Positions 35,197 to 46,433 of a stretch of DNA of 64,000 nucleotides are shown here, in pieces. The DNA comes from Schizochytrium sp. TIO01. Lineage: Eukaryota; Protista; Bigyra: Labyrinthulomycetes. The stretch is from positions 620,001 to 684,000 of the forward strand of contig SMSO01000007.1 in the NCBI GenBank assembly GCA_004764695.1, given 5' to 3'. Every line of letters begins with the position of its first letter. Position 1 is the first letter of the stretch. The translations under genes and the position numbers were made by a program. The notes below the pieces were generated by a model. The model saw only the letters and a program-made list of their open reading frames with translations. It was not told the origin of the DNA and did no database searches.

Positions 35197-37854
35197 TCAC
35201 CTGTGAGACACCTTTCGTCGCATTGAGTTAACATATTTCGCAATTTTCTCTGTCTCATACAAGCTCGTATCAGCAGCATCAACATGGAAAATAGCAGCTA
35301 CCCGATCCGAAGAGAAGATAATGTCAAGTAGTTCCTGTTGTGTGCTAGTAGGGCGCATTTCAGCTAGAGCTGGTTGTAGAGGATGACTCTGAACAATGCA
35401 TTTAATTTGTTTCTCAATCAGTTGGATAATACCATCCAATAGCTTGGCTCTCCTGTCACGACTCTCCGAGGTATATCCAAAAGAAACTGATGCGCGTTGG
35501 AGCGGCGCTAAATCTATTATCTCGAGTGCACCTCCATTTGGCACACGTAACCTCGCAACAAAGTGTGGCATAAGTTTATTATCTAGAATACTCATCGCTG
35601 TTGATGATTGGACCTTTTTCAACGCCGCCTCCCAGTTGTCCTCGGCATCTGAGACACCAGAACAATGAACCCAAGGACAAAGTTCTCGAATCTCAGATCC
35701 ATCATACATTCGAAAGCACATTTCGACTTCACCTTTGTCTGGAGAAGTGCACATTATCGTTTCAACGAAAGCTCTGAATAGATTAAAACTTGTTTGTGAT
35801 TTGCCAGAATTTGGAGGGCCCAAACAAATGATGCTAACGCTCTGCCCAGTCTCAAACGCATGCATGTGATCTTGAAAAGGACTTGTGTTTGAGATCGGCG
35901 CCTCATGAAATGCAGGACCGTCAAAAACAAAATCAAAGCAATCGTATGTATCTTCTCGTTGTCCACGTGTAACGCTCAAGTGACCAGAGCTATTGCGAAA
36001 GACAGTTGCGCGAGCTTGCAATCCTTGCTGTCTGGTATGCTTTGGGGCGATATGTATTCGACAAAAGAAGTTTATTACAGGACCTTCACTCCCACCTTGG
36101 CTAGTCTGATTTGGTGATAATTGACTTACACAGTCAAGGTCAACTTCTTCAAGATCATCTTCTCCTAGCTTGCATTTTTCATAAACTATTGCTGAATTAA
36201 TTCTCTCGATACATTTCACCCCTCCATCAGGGTGTGGGTTCTCAAGGGGCAAGCTAGCAGAAGCATTCAAGACATTCTCTGAGCTTAGATCAAAGTCTTG
36301 CAATTCCCCATCCTCTAAATTCACAGTTACAAGAGTGTCGAAGACATTTTTATGTGGGCTTCGTATTTCAGCACCTGACGATTGATCTGATTGACCTTGT
36401 TTTCGCTCTGCCAAAGGTTGTTGTTCATTCGTGTTCTCATCAGATATCTTCAACGAGCCTGAATGATTTGCACTTTCAGTCAAAACAGTTAGCTCCTGGT
36501 AACTGATATTACTTTCGCTAGGCAGAGAATCTCTTGTAAGACAGCTCACATTTGCCTGTGAAGATGAAGACCCGAGCTTTGATTCTGGGCTTTCAACATC
36601 AGAAAATATTTCAAGGTCACCCTCAATTAGTACAGGGGAGATTGGAACTCCCTCCTTATCTCGAAAACTGGGATTTTCTTGCTGGTCTCGCGCTTCTGTG
36701 GTATTCAATTTTTCCATGGACCTCCCGCTGGTGGGACGAGTCCACGAGGATTCCCCTGTCTCTTGATTGACATAAAAGCAACAGTTTGATGATGGATCAA
36801 TTGTGATTTTCCACAATGAATTTGCAGGCATGTTGCTTTGTAAAAGAGTAACACACTGTTCTGAACCATTTTGCGCAGCGTAGTCAAGTGCAGTGTTTTT
36901 ACTGTCATCTTTTGCGTTTACTTTTGCTTTATAAAATAGTAAGAGAGCAACAAGGGCGACATTGCCCTCAGCTGCTGCATAATGTAAAGGTGTAACGTGA
37001 TGATTATCAAGAATATCTGGGTCGGCCCCAGCTTCCAAAAGTCTTTGTGCAACTTTGACTGAGACAGAGGTCCTATAACAAGCAAAGTGCAAAGGTGCGA
37101 ATCCATAACAATTTTTGGCATTGACTTGGCAACCTCGACGCAGAAAGCCTCTAACCAGTGCTAGTTTGCTAAATTCAACAGCTTTGATTAGAAGAGTGTT
37201 CTCCTCAGAGTCCCGAACGTGAGGATCTGCGTGACGCATCGCGTCTTCAATAAGCTCATCAAGCTCAACTTCCCCCGTTTGATAGACTGGAATCAGACTA
37301 AATAACACATTTGAGCACTCATGCGGATCGGTCAACTTGGTCTTTATATCTCTTTTTGGTGGCGTTTGCTCTTGAATTTTGATTGTAGAAGTCAAAGACC
37401 CGACATTTGGCACGATCTCCTTTCGATATTGCTCAATGACTAAACTCGGGGATAGTGGTGGTTCTTGTTGCAAAATTTTACCCGCTGTTTGGACAGGCTG
37501 AGGTCGACACATTGTGTAGTGCTGTACGTCATCTGTTTCGTTGACTTTCGTTTGAAACTCTTCGACTAAAATTGAATTTCCATCTTCCTGGGCGCTAAAG
37601 TCTGTTTCTGGTGCTTCTGGAGAGCTCCTCTGACAGTCTACATCAGCACCTTGTTCATTATGAGCAATCTCTTTGTGACAGTGAAGGTCGTGGTTGTTCA
37701 TCTCCTCCACCTGGAAAACATTGTTAGAGCTTCGTCGTGCTGCCTCTCCATCTATAGAAATATCCTCCTCATATTTTGCAAGTTTCTGCCCAGCTTTTTT
37801 ATCACCGTGTTGAGCAATCAAAGCATCTCCCCGACTACTTGCTGCTGCTCCCAT
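35197..37854 (-). CDS. Ankyrin-repeat + WW + C-terminal degenerate kinesin motor-like protein (~885 aa)
   Basis: First ATG at 37854 gives MGAAAS. Ankyrin motifs NTLLIKAV, APLHFAC, TPLHYAA, TALDYAA. WW domain WKITIDPSSNCCFYVNQETGESSWTRP. Kinesin-like FCRI, FDFVFD, GPPNSGKS, IIDLA. Confidence 0.88.
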   Translation of the reverse strand: MGAAASSRGDALIAQHGDKKAGQKLAKYEEDISIDGEAARRSSNNVFQVEEMNNHDLHCHKEIAHNEQGADVDCQRSSPEAPETDFSAQEDGNSILVEEFQTKVNETDDVQHYTMCRPQPVQTAGKILQQEPPLSPSLVIEQYRKEIVPNVGSLTSTIKIQEQTPPKRDIKTKLTDPHECSNVLFSLIPVYQTGEVELDELIEDAMRHADPHVRDSEENTLLIKAVEFSKLALVRGFLRRGCQVNAKNCYGFAPLHFACYRTSVSVKVAQRLLEAGADPDILDNHHVTPLHYAAAEGNVALVALLLFYKAKVNAKDDSKNTALDYAAQNGSEQCVTLLQSNMPANSLWKITIDPSSNCCFYVNQETGESSWTRPTSGRSMEKLNTTEARDQQENPSFRDKEGVPISPVLIEGDLEIFSDVESPESKLGSSSSQANVSCLTRDSLPSESNISYQELTVLTESANHSGSLKISDENTNEQQPLAERKQGQSDQSSGAEIRSPHKNVFDTLVTVNLEDGELQDFDLSSENVLNASASLPLENPHPDGGVKCIERINSAIVYEKCKLGEDDLEEVDLDCVSQLSPNQTSQGGSEGPVINFFCRIHIAPKHTRQQGLQARATVFRNSSGHLSVTRGQREDTYDCFDFVFDGPAFHEAPISNTSPFQDHMHAFETGQSVSIICLGPPNSGKSQTSFNLFRAFVETIMCTSPDKGEVEMCFRMYDGSEIRELCPWVHCSGVSDAEDNWEAALKKVQSSTAMSILDNKLMPHFVARLRVPNGGALEIIDLAPLQRASVSFGYTSESRDRRAKLLDGIIQLIEKQIKCIVQSHPLQPALAEMRPTSTQQELLDIIFSSDRVAAIFHVDAADTSLYETEKIAKYVNSMRRKVSHR

Positions 37855-38872
37855 ACTGAAGCACACGGCGAAGCATCAGACGAAACTTTTTTGTGCAAGC
37901 ATGTGCGTCGTTCTAACTTTGATGGTGTAGAAAACCCAGACGAAACTTTGTTCTTCGTTCTTTTAAGCCATGAACGCGCGTACCTGCAGGTATCTCAGAC
38001 TCTATCATCAAGACAGTTCTCAACGGCACCTTACTAACTTTTTTTCCTTTTTCATTTTCTCTCAAAAGAGATCACTTTGAGATGAAAAAGCAAGGTACAA
38101 AATATAAGGTGCAAAAGCAGAATGGAAAGGTGTGTACTTTGACAACCTGGTTGAGTCAGCACTGATTGGAAGGTACTTCAAGAAAACAATAGTCTCCGCT
38201 AAAAGTGTCTCAGGACCTTTTACTTCTGCAAGCACAATCAATCACTTTATCTAGAATCCACAGAGGTATAATTTTAAATTTGAGAAAACTTCGGCTATGA
38301 GAACTTTAAATACCTTTGCATTGTCGAAGTGTTTCAGACCCATCTGTATTTGCATCTCAATAGTCATGTTCCCTATTCCAATCTTGAGTAGCTCTGGAAT
38401 CCTATATTTATGGTCTTCTTGCTAGCGTGTTATGGCATTCGTTTGGATGAGTGTAGGCAAGCATTCACTCTATATTGTAAATGAAACAAGTGAATAGTAC
38501 AGTAAAACTCGTCAGATTACACTACGATTTGATCCTATGAATCTGAAAATATAGTACACAAAAGTAAAAATTGTTAAAATCTTCTACTGTTGTCGTTTTC
38601 ATGTATTCAGTACCTTACATTAAGATATGTAGCTCTGAATGTGGTTTGAATATTATCTTAAGGTTACGAAAAGAGCTGATAATAATCTATCAAGGATTAA
38701 CTTTATTCTGTTGCCATGATGCACTTTAAATAGGAGACGAAGTATTTGCAATTATCACATTGTTGAATTCATCTGCGAAACCTAAATCCCTCGCTTACCA
38801 AAGGAACGCAGTCAGGTAAGAGCTCCAGGTCATTTCTATTTTGGTTCGTTCATTCAGAGATAATTTATAGGC

Positions 38873-41800
38873 TTAACCCTCTACTTCGTCATCAAGAATA
38901 GTCTCCACGCGCAAAGAACCATCCACATTTCGACGCTTCAGATTGCCTGTAGTGAAAGCGCTCAGAGTACCTGATGCCTGGCAAAGACCCTTTGTTGTAA
39001 GAATCAAAGCCTCAAGGATTTTACGGAGTTTGGGCACGACAGACACAAGTGACAAATCCTTGTTTGATTTTCCTGAGTCACATATGCTTTGCAGCTGTCG
39101 GGTACTCTGCTGCAATCCACGAAAGATACGTACAATTTTGTTTTGATTCTCTTCTTGGCTGAAAAAGCGAGTCAAGAAAGGCATCGCAATCTTCATGAAG
39201 CGCTCAATAATAGCTCGACCCTGCCTTACGGACATAACCAAAAGAGCTTTCTTTGTTGGACATAAGCGCGTCAAGAGAATAGCCTTGCGAATTAGGTTAA
39301 CAATTACCTCTGCTTCATCCAAAGTATCGCTCACAGTCTTTTTAGGTTTTCGCCGTAGTGCAATCGAAGCGTCGTCAGCTGACACACTGGTGCTTTCCAA
39401 ATGGCTCAAATCGTCATGAGCCGTAGTATTCTTATCCTCATCATCCTCACCTTCGTCATCATCCTCATCAGCATTCTCATCTCCATCGTCGCCATCATCT
39501 TCACTTTCATCGCCAGAACGCCTCCGACGTTTTGGTGCTTTACCGTTTTTAGATCGCCCAGCTTTGGCTGCAGTGCGCTTACCAGAAGCTTTGCGCTGCG
39601 TTGGCATGTGACTTTGAAAATCAAGCTCGTCAAGTGCTCTTAATAAAGCACGCAGGACAGGCTCATAAAAATATGGCAGAGTGCCAATACTGAGAGTTGC
39701 GAACGTCTCACCATTGGCACCAGGGGCCTCCGCTACACTAGTCATATCATTAATGAGGTCCTCCATGCGAGACAAGGGGTACCTGTCAAATCGCAGGTGC
39801 AACTCCAAAAGCCGACCGATCGTCGTCTTTGTAAGATTCTGACCTGTAGGACTTTTGTGAAGTAATATAGCACATTGCTTAGAAATTTTTTCTTCCAGTG
39901 TATATCTTGACCTCACAAAAGGAACAAGGTCCACTAAAAGTTCAACCAGATACAATTTTGTCTCGGTTCCAGTCATACTATCACAAGCTAATAAATTTTC
40001 TAATAGTGTCAACGCCTCAGAAAGAGGCTCATCAAAGGAACCAGAATTTGATTTGCTGTCATCATCACCATCGTCGTCGGCTATACTCTCACTTTCGTCA
40101 ACCTCAACTGAGCTATAAGATGCCAAAACACGCTCCGTACAGGAGCGAAATGAGCGATCAGTTTTGGATAATGGACAGCGTGCTATTTCGTGTACGACAC
40201 GGCAATTAGTGAGAATACAGCTTACCAGGACAGGCTCAGTAAGGTTGTTAGCCTCGTTCTTCACTTGTGAAAACTGAATTTTCGCCAATAAGAACAATGG
40301 TTGCATAAGATTCCGCAATGACTCGAGGAGTTCTTCAGGTGAAGTCTCTAGCTGGCTACCTTGGCCTAACTTCGACAATGGTGTAGATTTTCGACCTCTT
40401 AAACTACGTTTCGGATTCAGTGCCAATTTTACAGTCTCAAAAAGCGACTGTAGGAGAGCTTTAACAGCATAAGGATGGCTCTCTAGAGTAGAATGACTTA
40501 ACAAGCTAAAGACTTGCATTCGGAAAGGTCGATAGTTGTTGCGCAAACTTTCTTCAAAGTCCTTTGGCACAACTGCTTCATCATTGTTATGCATCGTAGA
40601 GCTCCGTCTCTTACTGCCAGTCCCAGTCCCAGTCCCTTGAGGGCTACCTGAAGATGATAAACCCATCGTCAATACTGGGGTTTCATTGCGTTGAATTGGA
40701 AGCATAGAAAAGACGCTCCCGCTCTTGCTTTGTCGAAGTAGTGTGACCAGCAAATTATGCATATCTACGAGAAGGTCGAACCTTGCAAATATTTTCCGCA
40801 CCACCTCAGGATCTTCCATGTCCAGAACAGACCCATTAATAAGCTCCCGTGTCCAGTTAATTGTATGGTAAATACTTAAGCAGATTGCGCCTTGCATCTT
40901 GTCAGCGTCTTCTTCATGATCAGCTTGTTCGAAAAAGACTAACGCTGTTTCTTTTGGCGTTAGAAGCATTGGTGCTCCTAAAAGAGCACTCATCCCATCA
41001 CGCTTTCCTGCCACATCGGCAAGAGCAAGCGCTCCACGAAGCATAGATGCTAGGAAAATATATCGTTCCTGGATTTTAGGATCATTCATACCCTTGGCTA
41101 GGTTTGGCAAGAAGTTAATTGCGACTGCGTTGCTTCCTTTGTTCTCATCGAACAAAGGTGTAGCGTCTACCTCTCCAAAACACTGAAATCGAAAGCTCTT
41201 GTCCTTCGATGACGAAATTGAAGAAGATGATGAAGAAGCGGCCTTCTTTGAAGTTTCAGGAAAGTTCGTGCAAAAGCGTTCCATAAACTCAATGTTGAGC
41301 TCCTCGACCATGTAAAAGGCCACAGACTTGTTCATCTGACGAAGTGACCCTTGAGGGCTATCTACCATCGCACCAAGCTCCTCGCAAAAGGTTGCCATTG
41401 TTCGCGCGTTACTGCGGGAACTTGACAAAGCAAGGTCGAATACATCTTTACACTCAGAATCAACCCGACCTGAAGCCATGCTATTTTGTGAAGCCCCTGC
41501 CTGACCTGACTCATCATCACCTACCTTGTCTCCGTTTGCACCACCGCCTTCCTCGTCATCATCATCGTCAAAAAGATTGAACGTAGGAGCAAGCTCGGGT
41601 GCTATTTGCTCTGGAGAAGACTCTCGTGCGTGAGCATTGATAAGTTGGACAGCGCCGATGGCCCCTGCCATGCGTGATGCCTCTGTTGGATTTGTGAGAA
41701 GCTTGCGTAAAAGCACATGGAACCAAGCCGCTCCACCAGCGTCGGAATTACTGCGATGGACGACAAAACTACTCAATATATTGAAGACCATGCGACAATG

Positions 41801-43510
41801 TCGCAGCTGCATTTGAGGGGCACTATGAATAAGCGTCTTAATAAACTCAATGAATGGCTCCAACGCATGTACGTAACGCCGTTTGCGGGTTAAGTCCATC
41901 ATACATTCAAGCCCTCCTTCTAATTCAACAGATTCTTCAGTCGATACACCGCAATGCATGACCAATGCCACGACTAGCTCTTGACGATAATAAGGCTCTT
42001 TAAACTCTTGAAAGAGACTCACGTATAAAGCCTTTCCCACTTCACGCAATCGTCGAATACTGAAACCATCGTGACGTTGACGCAGAGAAAGTCCATCTTC
42101 ACTCAAAAGAGTTCCGGCAAGGTCTAGAAAATGCTTGAACTGGGTGTCAAGAACATCCCGATGACCTCGCACACTTGCGCGAATCAGGTCCATCGTTATC
42201 GCATTAGTCTTTACAACGTGTTGGCGAATAAGAGTTGTGACTTTGCGTTTGTATAGGCTATGCGAGCGGAGACCAACAAGAATCCACACATCAATGACAC
42301 ATAAACCAGCTGATCCAGGAAATTTTGTGGCTGAAGAAACAGCGCCGTCGACTGTGTCAAGGTAAGTTTTACAGAGGTCTTTACGAGCAATCAGACACCG
42401 CATAAGAACTTGCAGAATAGCCAAGATGTTGTTTGCTCGCAACGCTGTAGAGTGTGTGGCGTTGCCTTTCTTCGCGGGAGGACCAGAGTCTTGGCTCGCA
42501 GATGGCTCTTCTTGGACAATATCATCATGACAAATTTGTATGAATCGTTCACGAAGATCGCTCATGACTTGTGTTTTGTGTCGTTTTGATTCCTGATCAG
42601 TCTCTGGCCCAAAAGACTCGAGTAGAAACTGAATTGCCACTGGAAGATCCCCAAATTCTGCAGATCCCAAAATTTGCAACACTGTTGAACGTAGTTCACC
42701 CATATCAGCTTCAGAAACACGCAGGTTGCTCAAGGTTTCAATGATTGGAACTGTAAGCTCTCGCTCTTCCTCAAGTATTTGCTTGAGGTGCTGTACTGCT
42801 AGACCATGTTGCGCGTCCTCAAGAATTTCAGGAATGATGTTAATGATTTCGCAAGGAAGACGTTTGGACTCTGGGCACACCTGACACACCGAGCTTAAAC
42901 ACTCCATCAAATTACTGGCCAGCTCCTCACCATCCTCAATAAAATTCAGAAAACGCAACTGGTACAAAAGAAGCCGGGGAAGGTCTTGTTGCAGTTTTTC
43001 AACTTCCATTGCTTCTTCATCTGCTGCATGCTCAACTACCCATTGTAGCAGAGAACGCATTACATGCGATTGTGTTTCGTGGACACTTAGAAAGATTTTA
43101 AGAATGCAATCTCCGTTGTTAAGAGGTTCCAGCAGTGAACTAAGTGCTTTCCTGCCGTCTCGCATGACGTAATCTTCAAGTCCTTCAATGAGCTCGTCCG
43201 CAAGTGATGGAGAGCGAGCAAGACTGCGCTGTAAATTCGCAAGGCACCTATTTGCTGTAAAACCATCTGTAATCTGAACGGAGTTGCATTCAGTGTTGAG
43301 ATGGATTCCTGCCTTGTGAAGAGCCTGAACCAAGGGCAATGAAGGGGTAGAAGAAGAAATGCTAGGAAACGGAGAATCCTCAACCTCGGAACCCACTTTC
43401 TTGCTAGCTCTTCCGGTTTCCTTCGTTCTTGTCCCTTGCGGTTGGCCCACATTTTCCTTCTCGCTCGGGTTGTTTACCTCGTTTTGCTCATCTTGCGAAG
43501 GAGATGACAT
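38873..43510 (-). CDS. FANCD2: Fanconi anemia group D2 protein homolog, 1545 aa
   Basis: Helical solenoid. C-terminal LQQSTRQLQSICDSGKSNKDLSLVSVVPKLRKILE...AFTTGNLKRRNVDG matches the conserved FANCD2 C-terminus. LPRLLLYQLRFL, DLPVAIQFLL and YRQELVVALVMH also fit. VLLRKLL resembles the monoubiquitinated-Lys motif (K codon 41702-04). Confidence 0.9.
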   Translation of the reverse strand: MSSPSQDEQNEVNNPSEKENVGQPQGTRTKETGRASKKVGSEVEDSPFPSISSSTPSLPLVQALHKAGIHLNTECNSVQITDGFTANRCLANLQRSLARSPSLADELIEGLEDYVMRDGRKALSSLLEPLNNGDCILKIFLSVHETQSHVMRSLLQWVVEHAADEEAMEVEKLQQDLPRLLLYQLRFLNFIEDGEELASNLMECLSSVCQVCPESKRLPCEIINIIPEILEDAQHGLAVQHLKQILEEERELTVPIIETLSNLRVSEADMGELRSTVLQILGSAEFGDLPVAIQFLLESFGPETDQESKRHKTQVMSDLRERFIQICHDDIVQEEPSASQDSGPPAKKGNATHSTALRANNILAILQVLMRCLIARKDLCKTYLDTVDGAVSSATKFPGSAGLCVIDVWILVGLRSHSLYKRKVTTLIRQHVVKTNAITMDLIRASVRGHRDVLDTQFKHFLDLAGTLLSEDGLSLRQRHDGFSIRRLREVGKALYVSLFQEFKEPYYRQELVVALVMHCGVSTEESVELEGGLECMMDLTRKRRYVHALEPFIEFIKTLIHSAPQMQLRHCRMVFNILSSFVVHRSNSDAGGAAWFHVLLRKLLTNPTEASRMAGAIGAVQLINAHARESSPEQIAPELAPTFNLFDDDDDEEGGGANGDKVGDDESGQAGASQNSMASGRVDSECKDVFDLALSSSRSNARTMATFCEELGAMVDSPQGSLRQMNKSVAFYMVEELNIEFMERFCTNFPETSKKAASSSSSSISSSKDKSFRFQCFGEVDATPLFDENKGSNAVAINFLPNLAKGMNDPKIQERYIFLASMLRGALALADVAGKRDGMSALLGAPMLLTPKETALVFFEQADHEEDADKMQGAICLSIYHTINWTRELINGSVLDMEDPEVVRKIFARFDLLVDMHNLLVTLLRQSKSGSVFSMLPIQRNETPVLTMGLSSSGSPQGTGTGTGSKRRSSTMHNNDEAVVPKDFEESLRNNYRPFRMQVFSLLSHSTLESHPYAVKALLQSLFETVKLALNPKRSLRGRKSTPLSKLGQGSQLETSPEELLESLRNLMQPLFLLAKIQFSQVKNEANNLTEPVLVSCILTNCRVVHEIARCPLSKTDRSFRSCTERVLASYSSVEVDESESIADDDGDDDSKSNSGSFDEPLSEALTLLENLLACDSMTGTETKLYLVELLVDLVPFVRSRYTLEEKISKQCAILLHKSPTGQNLTKTTIGRLLELHLRFDRYPLSRMEDLINDMTSVAEAPGANGETFATLSIGTLPYFYEPVLRALLRALDELDFQSHMPTQRKASGKRTAAKAGRSKNGKAPKRRRRSGDESEDDGDDGDENADEDDDEGEDDEDKNTTAHDDLSHLESTSVSADDASIALRRKPKKTVSDTLDEAEVIVNLIRKAILLTRLCPTKKALLVMSVRQGRAIIERFMKIAMPFLTRFFSQEENQNKIVRIFRGLQQSTRQLQSICDSGKSNKDLSLVSVVPKLRKILEALILTTKGLCQASGTLSAFTTGNLKRRNVDGSLRVETILDDEVEG

Positions 43511-43652
43511 CTTCCCCTATTCCCTCAAGCTCCAACCGCGATTGAGGCAGGTTTAGAGACCTCAGCCTTGCAAAGGCTGACTATTTCTCGACCTTCCGCT
43601 TTCTCTTGCTCTCGCGCTTGCTCCTGCTCTCAGTGTTTGCTTCTTTGTTTTA

Positions 43653-43729
43653 TTGTTTGTTTGTTTGTTTGTTTGTTTGTTTGTTTGTTTGTTTGTTTGT
43701 TTGTTTGTTTGTTTGTTTGTTTGTTTGTT
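43653..43729. repeat. (TTGT)n microsatellite, ~19 units, upstream of FANCD2
   Basis: Perfect array. Confidence 0.97.
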
Positions 43730-43787
43730 GCAGCCAAATTATTCTGGGCCGGTGAACCTCTCAACTCACCCCTCAGCTTGCTGTGTG

Positions 43788-43791
<4 letters not shown>

Positions 43792-43824
<33 letters not shown>
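43792..43824. repeat. (TA)n microsatellite
   Basis: Perfect array. Confidence 0.95.
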
Positions 43825-43827
<3 letters not shown>

Positions 43828-46433
43828 CTCTTCTGCAGATGGCTGTCTGCTCAGTTTCTGTGCTCGACGTTCTGCGTTTTCTTCCTTCACGCACCCGGTT
43901 TGTGCCTTGCCAGTGGTGGAGGCGCTCTCAGGGGCTTTGTGACTTCGAAGTTCAAGTTATATTGCTTTGTTTCATGTCTAACGATTTTGCCTAGTAGCAA
44001 ACAGTAGAATGCAGTACTTAGTGATCCTGATAGGAGAGGCGGTAGTTAGTTTCCCTTGAAGAACGCGAGAGCGGTTAGAGTACCACTTGAAGCCTGCGCG
44101 TAGGTACACTACGAATGGCTGTAAAGCTTCTTCTTTCTAGCTCTAGAGAGGTACCAATGAATAATGTGACCTTGATAGAAGGATAGAAAGAAGTCGAAAT
44201 CTCCAACTTGAGTTTAGTATGAATCTGGCTGAAGATTTGACCACCAACCTCAACTCAATATACGATTAAGATCTCATCTTCTATACATTCATCTTATGTA
44301 TCCGTATGGTCACAGTAGCAATGACTCATTCGGTGAAAGGAGAGGCGTCAGGTCTTTTCTTTTCTTTTCTTTTCTTATTAAAAATAGATGTTCTCTACAC
44401 TCAGAGAAAAGGTTATAAAATGCAACAAATTTTGAATTTTATTGCACTGTATGTCTTTGAGCGACTCTTTAACGCGCAGTCAGAGACAGCTATTAACGGT
44501 TTTGAATACCTATGTTGTAGTAACCCTCACTAGTCCTCCTCTTTCACTCACACTAGTTAAAAGCAACTCCTTAATAAAAAAAAGCACGGGTTAAAGTCAA
44601 GCCAGAGCAATCACTTATTGATCTTTGTCAATATAATTGTCATGTTTTTACTTGAATCTTTTATCTAGCTACAGGGAAGTAAAAAGGTTGAATAGCCCCT
44701 AACAGCGAGTTGTCATCTTTCCTGAGCTTTTTTCATCGGATAGAGCAACTTGGTTCTCCCATACTCATAATATTATGCCAGGGCCCGCAAGACTGTGTAG
44801 ACAAATGCTGCTCAATTCAAAAACTTAAAGGTTCAAGAACACACTATATGGGATCCTTTAATTCATTGGGGAAATTAGATTATGAGAGTGCTCACCAAAA
44901 TACGCTTTTTAAACAGCAGCCCACCAAATACAGTTGAATGAATACAGAGAAAAGACTCTTGCCATATATTCTATGGGTGCACTCATGCTCCAAGAACCAA
45001 GGTTGCTGTTTGCGCTAAATTTGGCTGTTCTATTCTGAATCTATGCAGATGAATCTTGTACTGATGACCTCTGCTCGAAAGAGTTCTCTTGTTTTCTTCA
45101 TCCCTCAACTTGATCCAAATTTGGTATCGTTGGACGAATTGACCTTGGGATGCTGAAATACTAATGAATGACCTGCATTGCACATCGAAGTTCAAAAGTT
45201 TCAAACTTATTTTCTAATCTTTCCTCATTGAGGGAATGAATATAAGAGTATCCCCAAGTAATGATTGTTCGTGAGCCCACTGGTTTGGCAGACTCATAAA
45301 CAAAGTTTTCCATGCTTCATTTTTAAAAAATGGAGAGACTGCATCACTTGAAACTGGATTTTTCGTGGCAAGTTTTTTTTTAAATAGAGTATTTCTAGTG
45401 AGGACCTCTCGTGAGGAGGACTGTTGAAAAAAATATATGCGTATGAAAAATAGGTTCTAGTTTCTGCAACTTAATCAAATGATTAATTACATTAGGTAAA
45501 TCAAATACCCCGAGGAACATTTCTAATCTTTCCCTTTCGGTTGGATTATTGCTATCACATTGAAGTCCCAGAGCAATTACTTTCCCTCCCTCGGCCCTCA
45601 TTACATTATCCTTTCTATATTGGCCCACACGGCCTTTAGCTCAAAAGCTTTAAATCACGAATTTTGATGTCTGGTCGAAAGTGACTCAAATATGTTGCAC
45701 TTTAGAATAAACCTACTTACTACGTCTTTAATGAATATATTCATGTTCAAATAGGTGTTTAATGGGGTCTCGTGACCATCTGCTGTTGACCTTTGAAACT
45801 GCATACAGCTCTATTAAATCTTCCTCCTTCAACTTTAGCTCTCTATAGCACGCTGGCTGCTTCAGATCTTGTCAATCCTTCGAAATTTTAATAGTAAATG
45901 AACACTTGGTATTGACAACTTGATCAATCTGACAAAGTGAATAATACCTAGTGGGTTAATACGTATCACTCCCCCTCGTCAGAATGTACTTAAGTGTCCT
46001 TTCAAGTTTCGCCGTGACTTGCGTAGAATGACTCAAGTAGAATTGAGCGGGGACCTACCACCTACTACTAATTAGTCCCTAAGTACTCTTTCCTACAACT
46101 ATATACTACCCCGGCTATTAATCGATGAGCAATTCGAAAAACAAAACGAGGTTTGCCAACCCGCATCATTGTTTACCCTACTATCATATACATTCCCGTC
46201 TAGACCTTGCGCAATCGTTTGTAGTGTGTTGAATTCTAGGATTTGTGTCGCTACGCAATCATACGCTGGAATTTCTAAAAGCAGATACGAACCCTCAGGT
46301 AGAAGAGGATAGATAACTCAACTTCAGCTTAGCAGACCTTTTAGGTCAAGTATAACGCAAATCGTGTCAGATCTGCTGAGCCGCAAGTAAAGCAAGTCAA
46401 CTAGATAGATAGAACAATAGACAGACAGGCCCC

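Noticed and set aside
43568-44007. CLFV/TNKQ/IY-repeat ORFs
   Set aside because: Artefacts of the (TTGT)n and (TA)n microsatellites.
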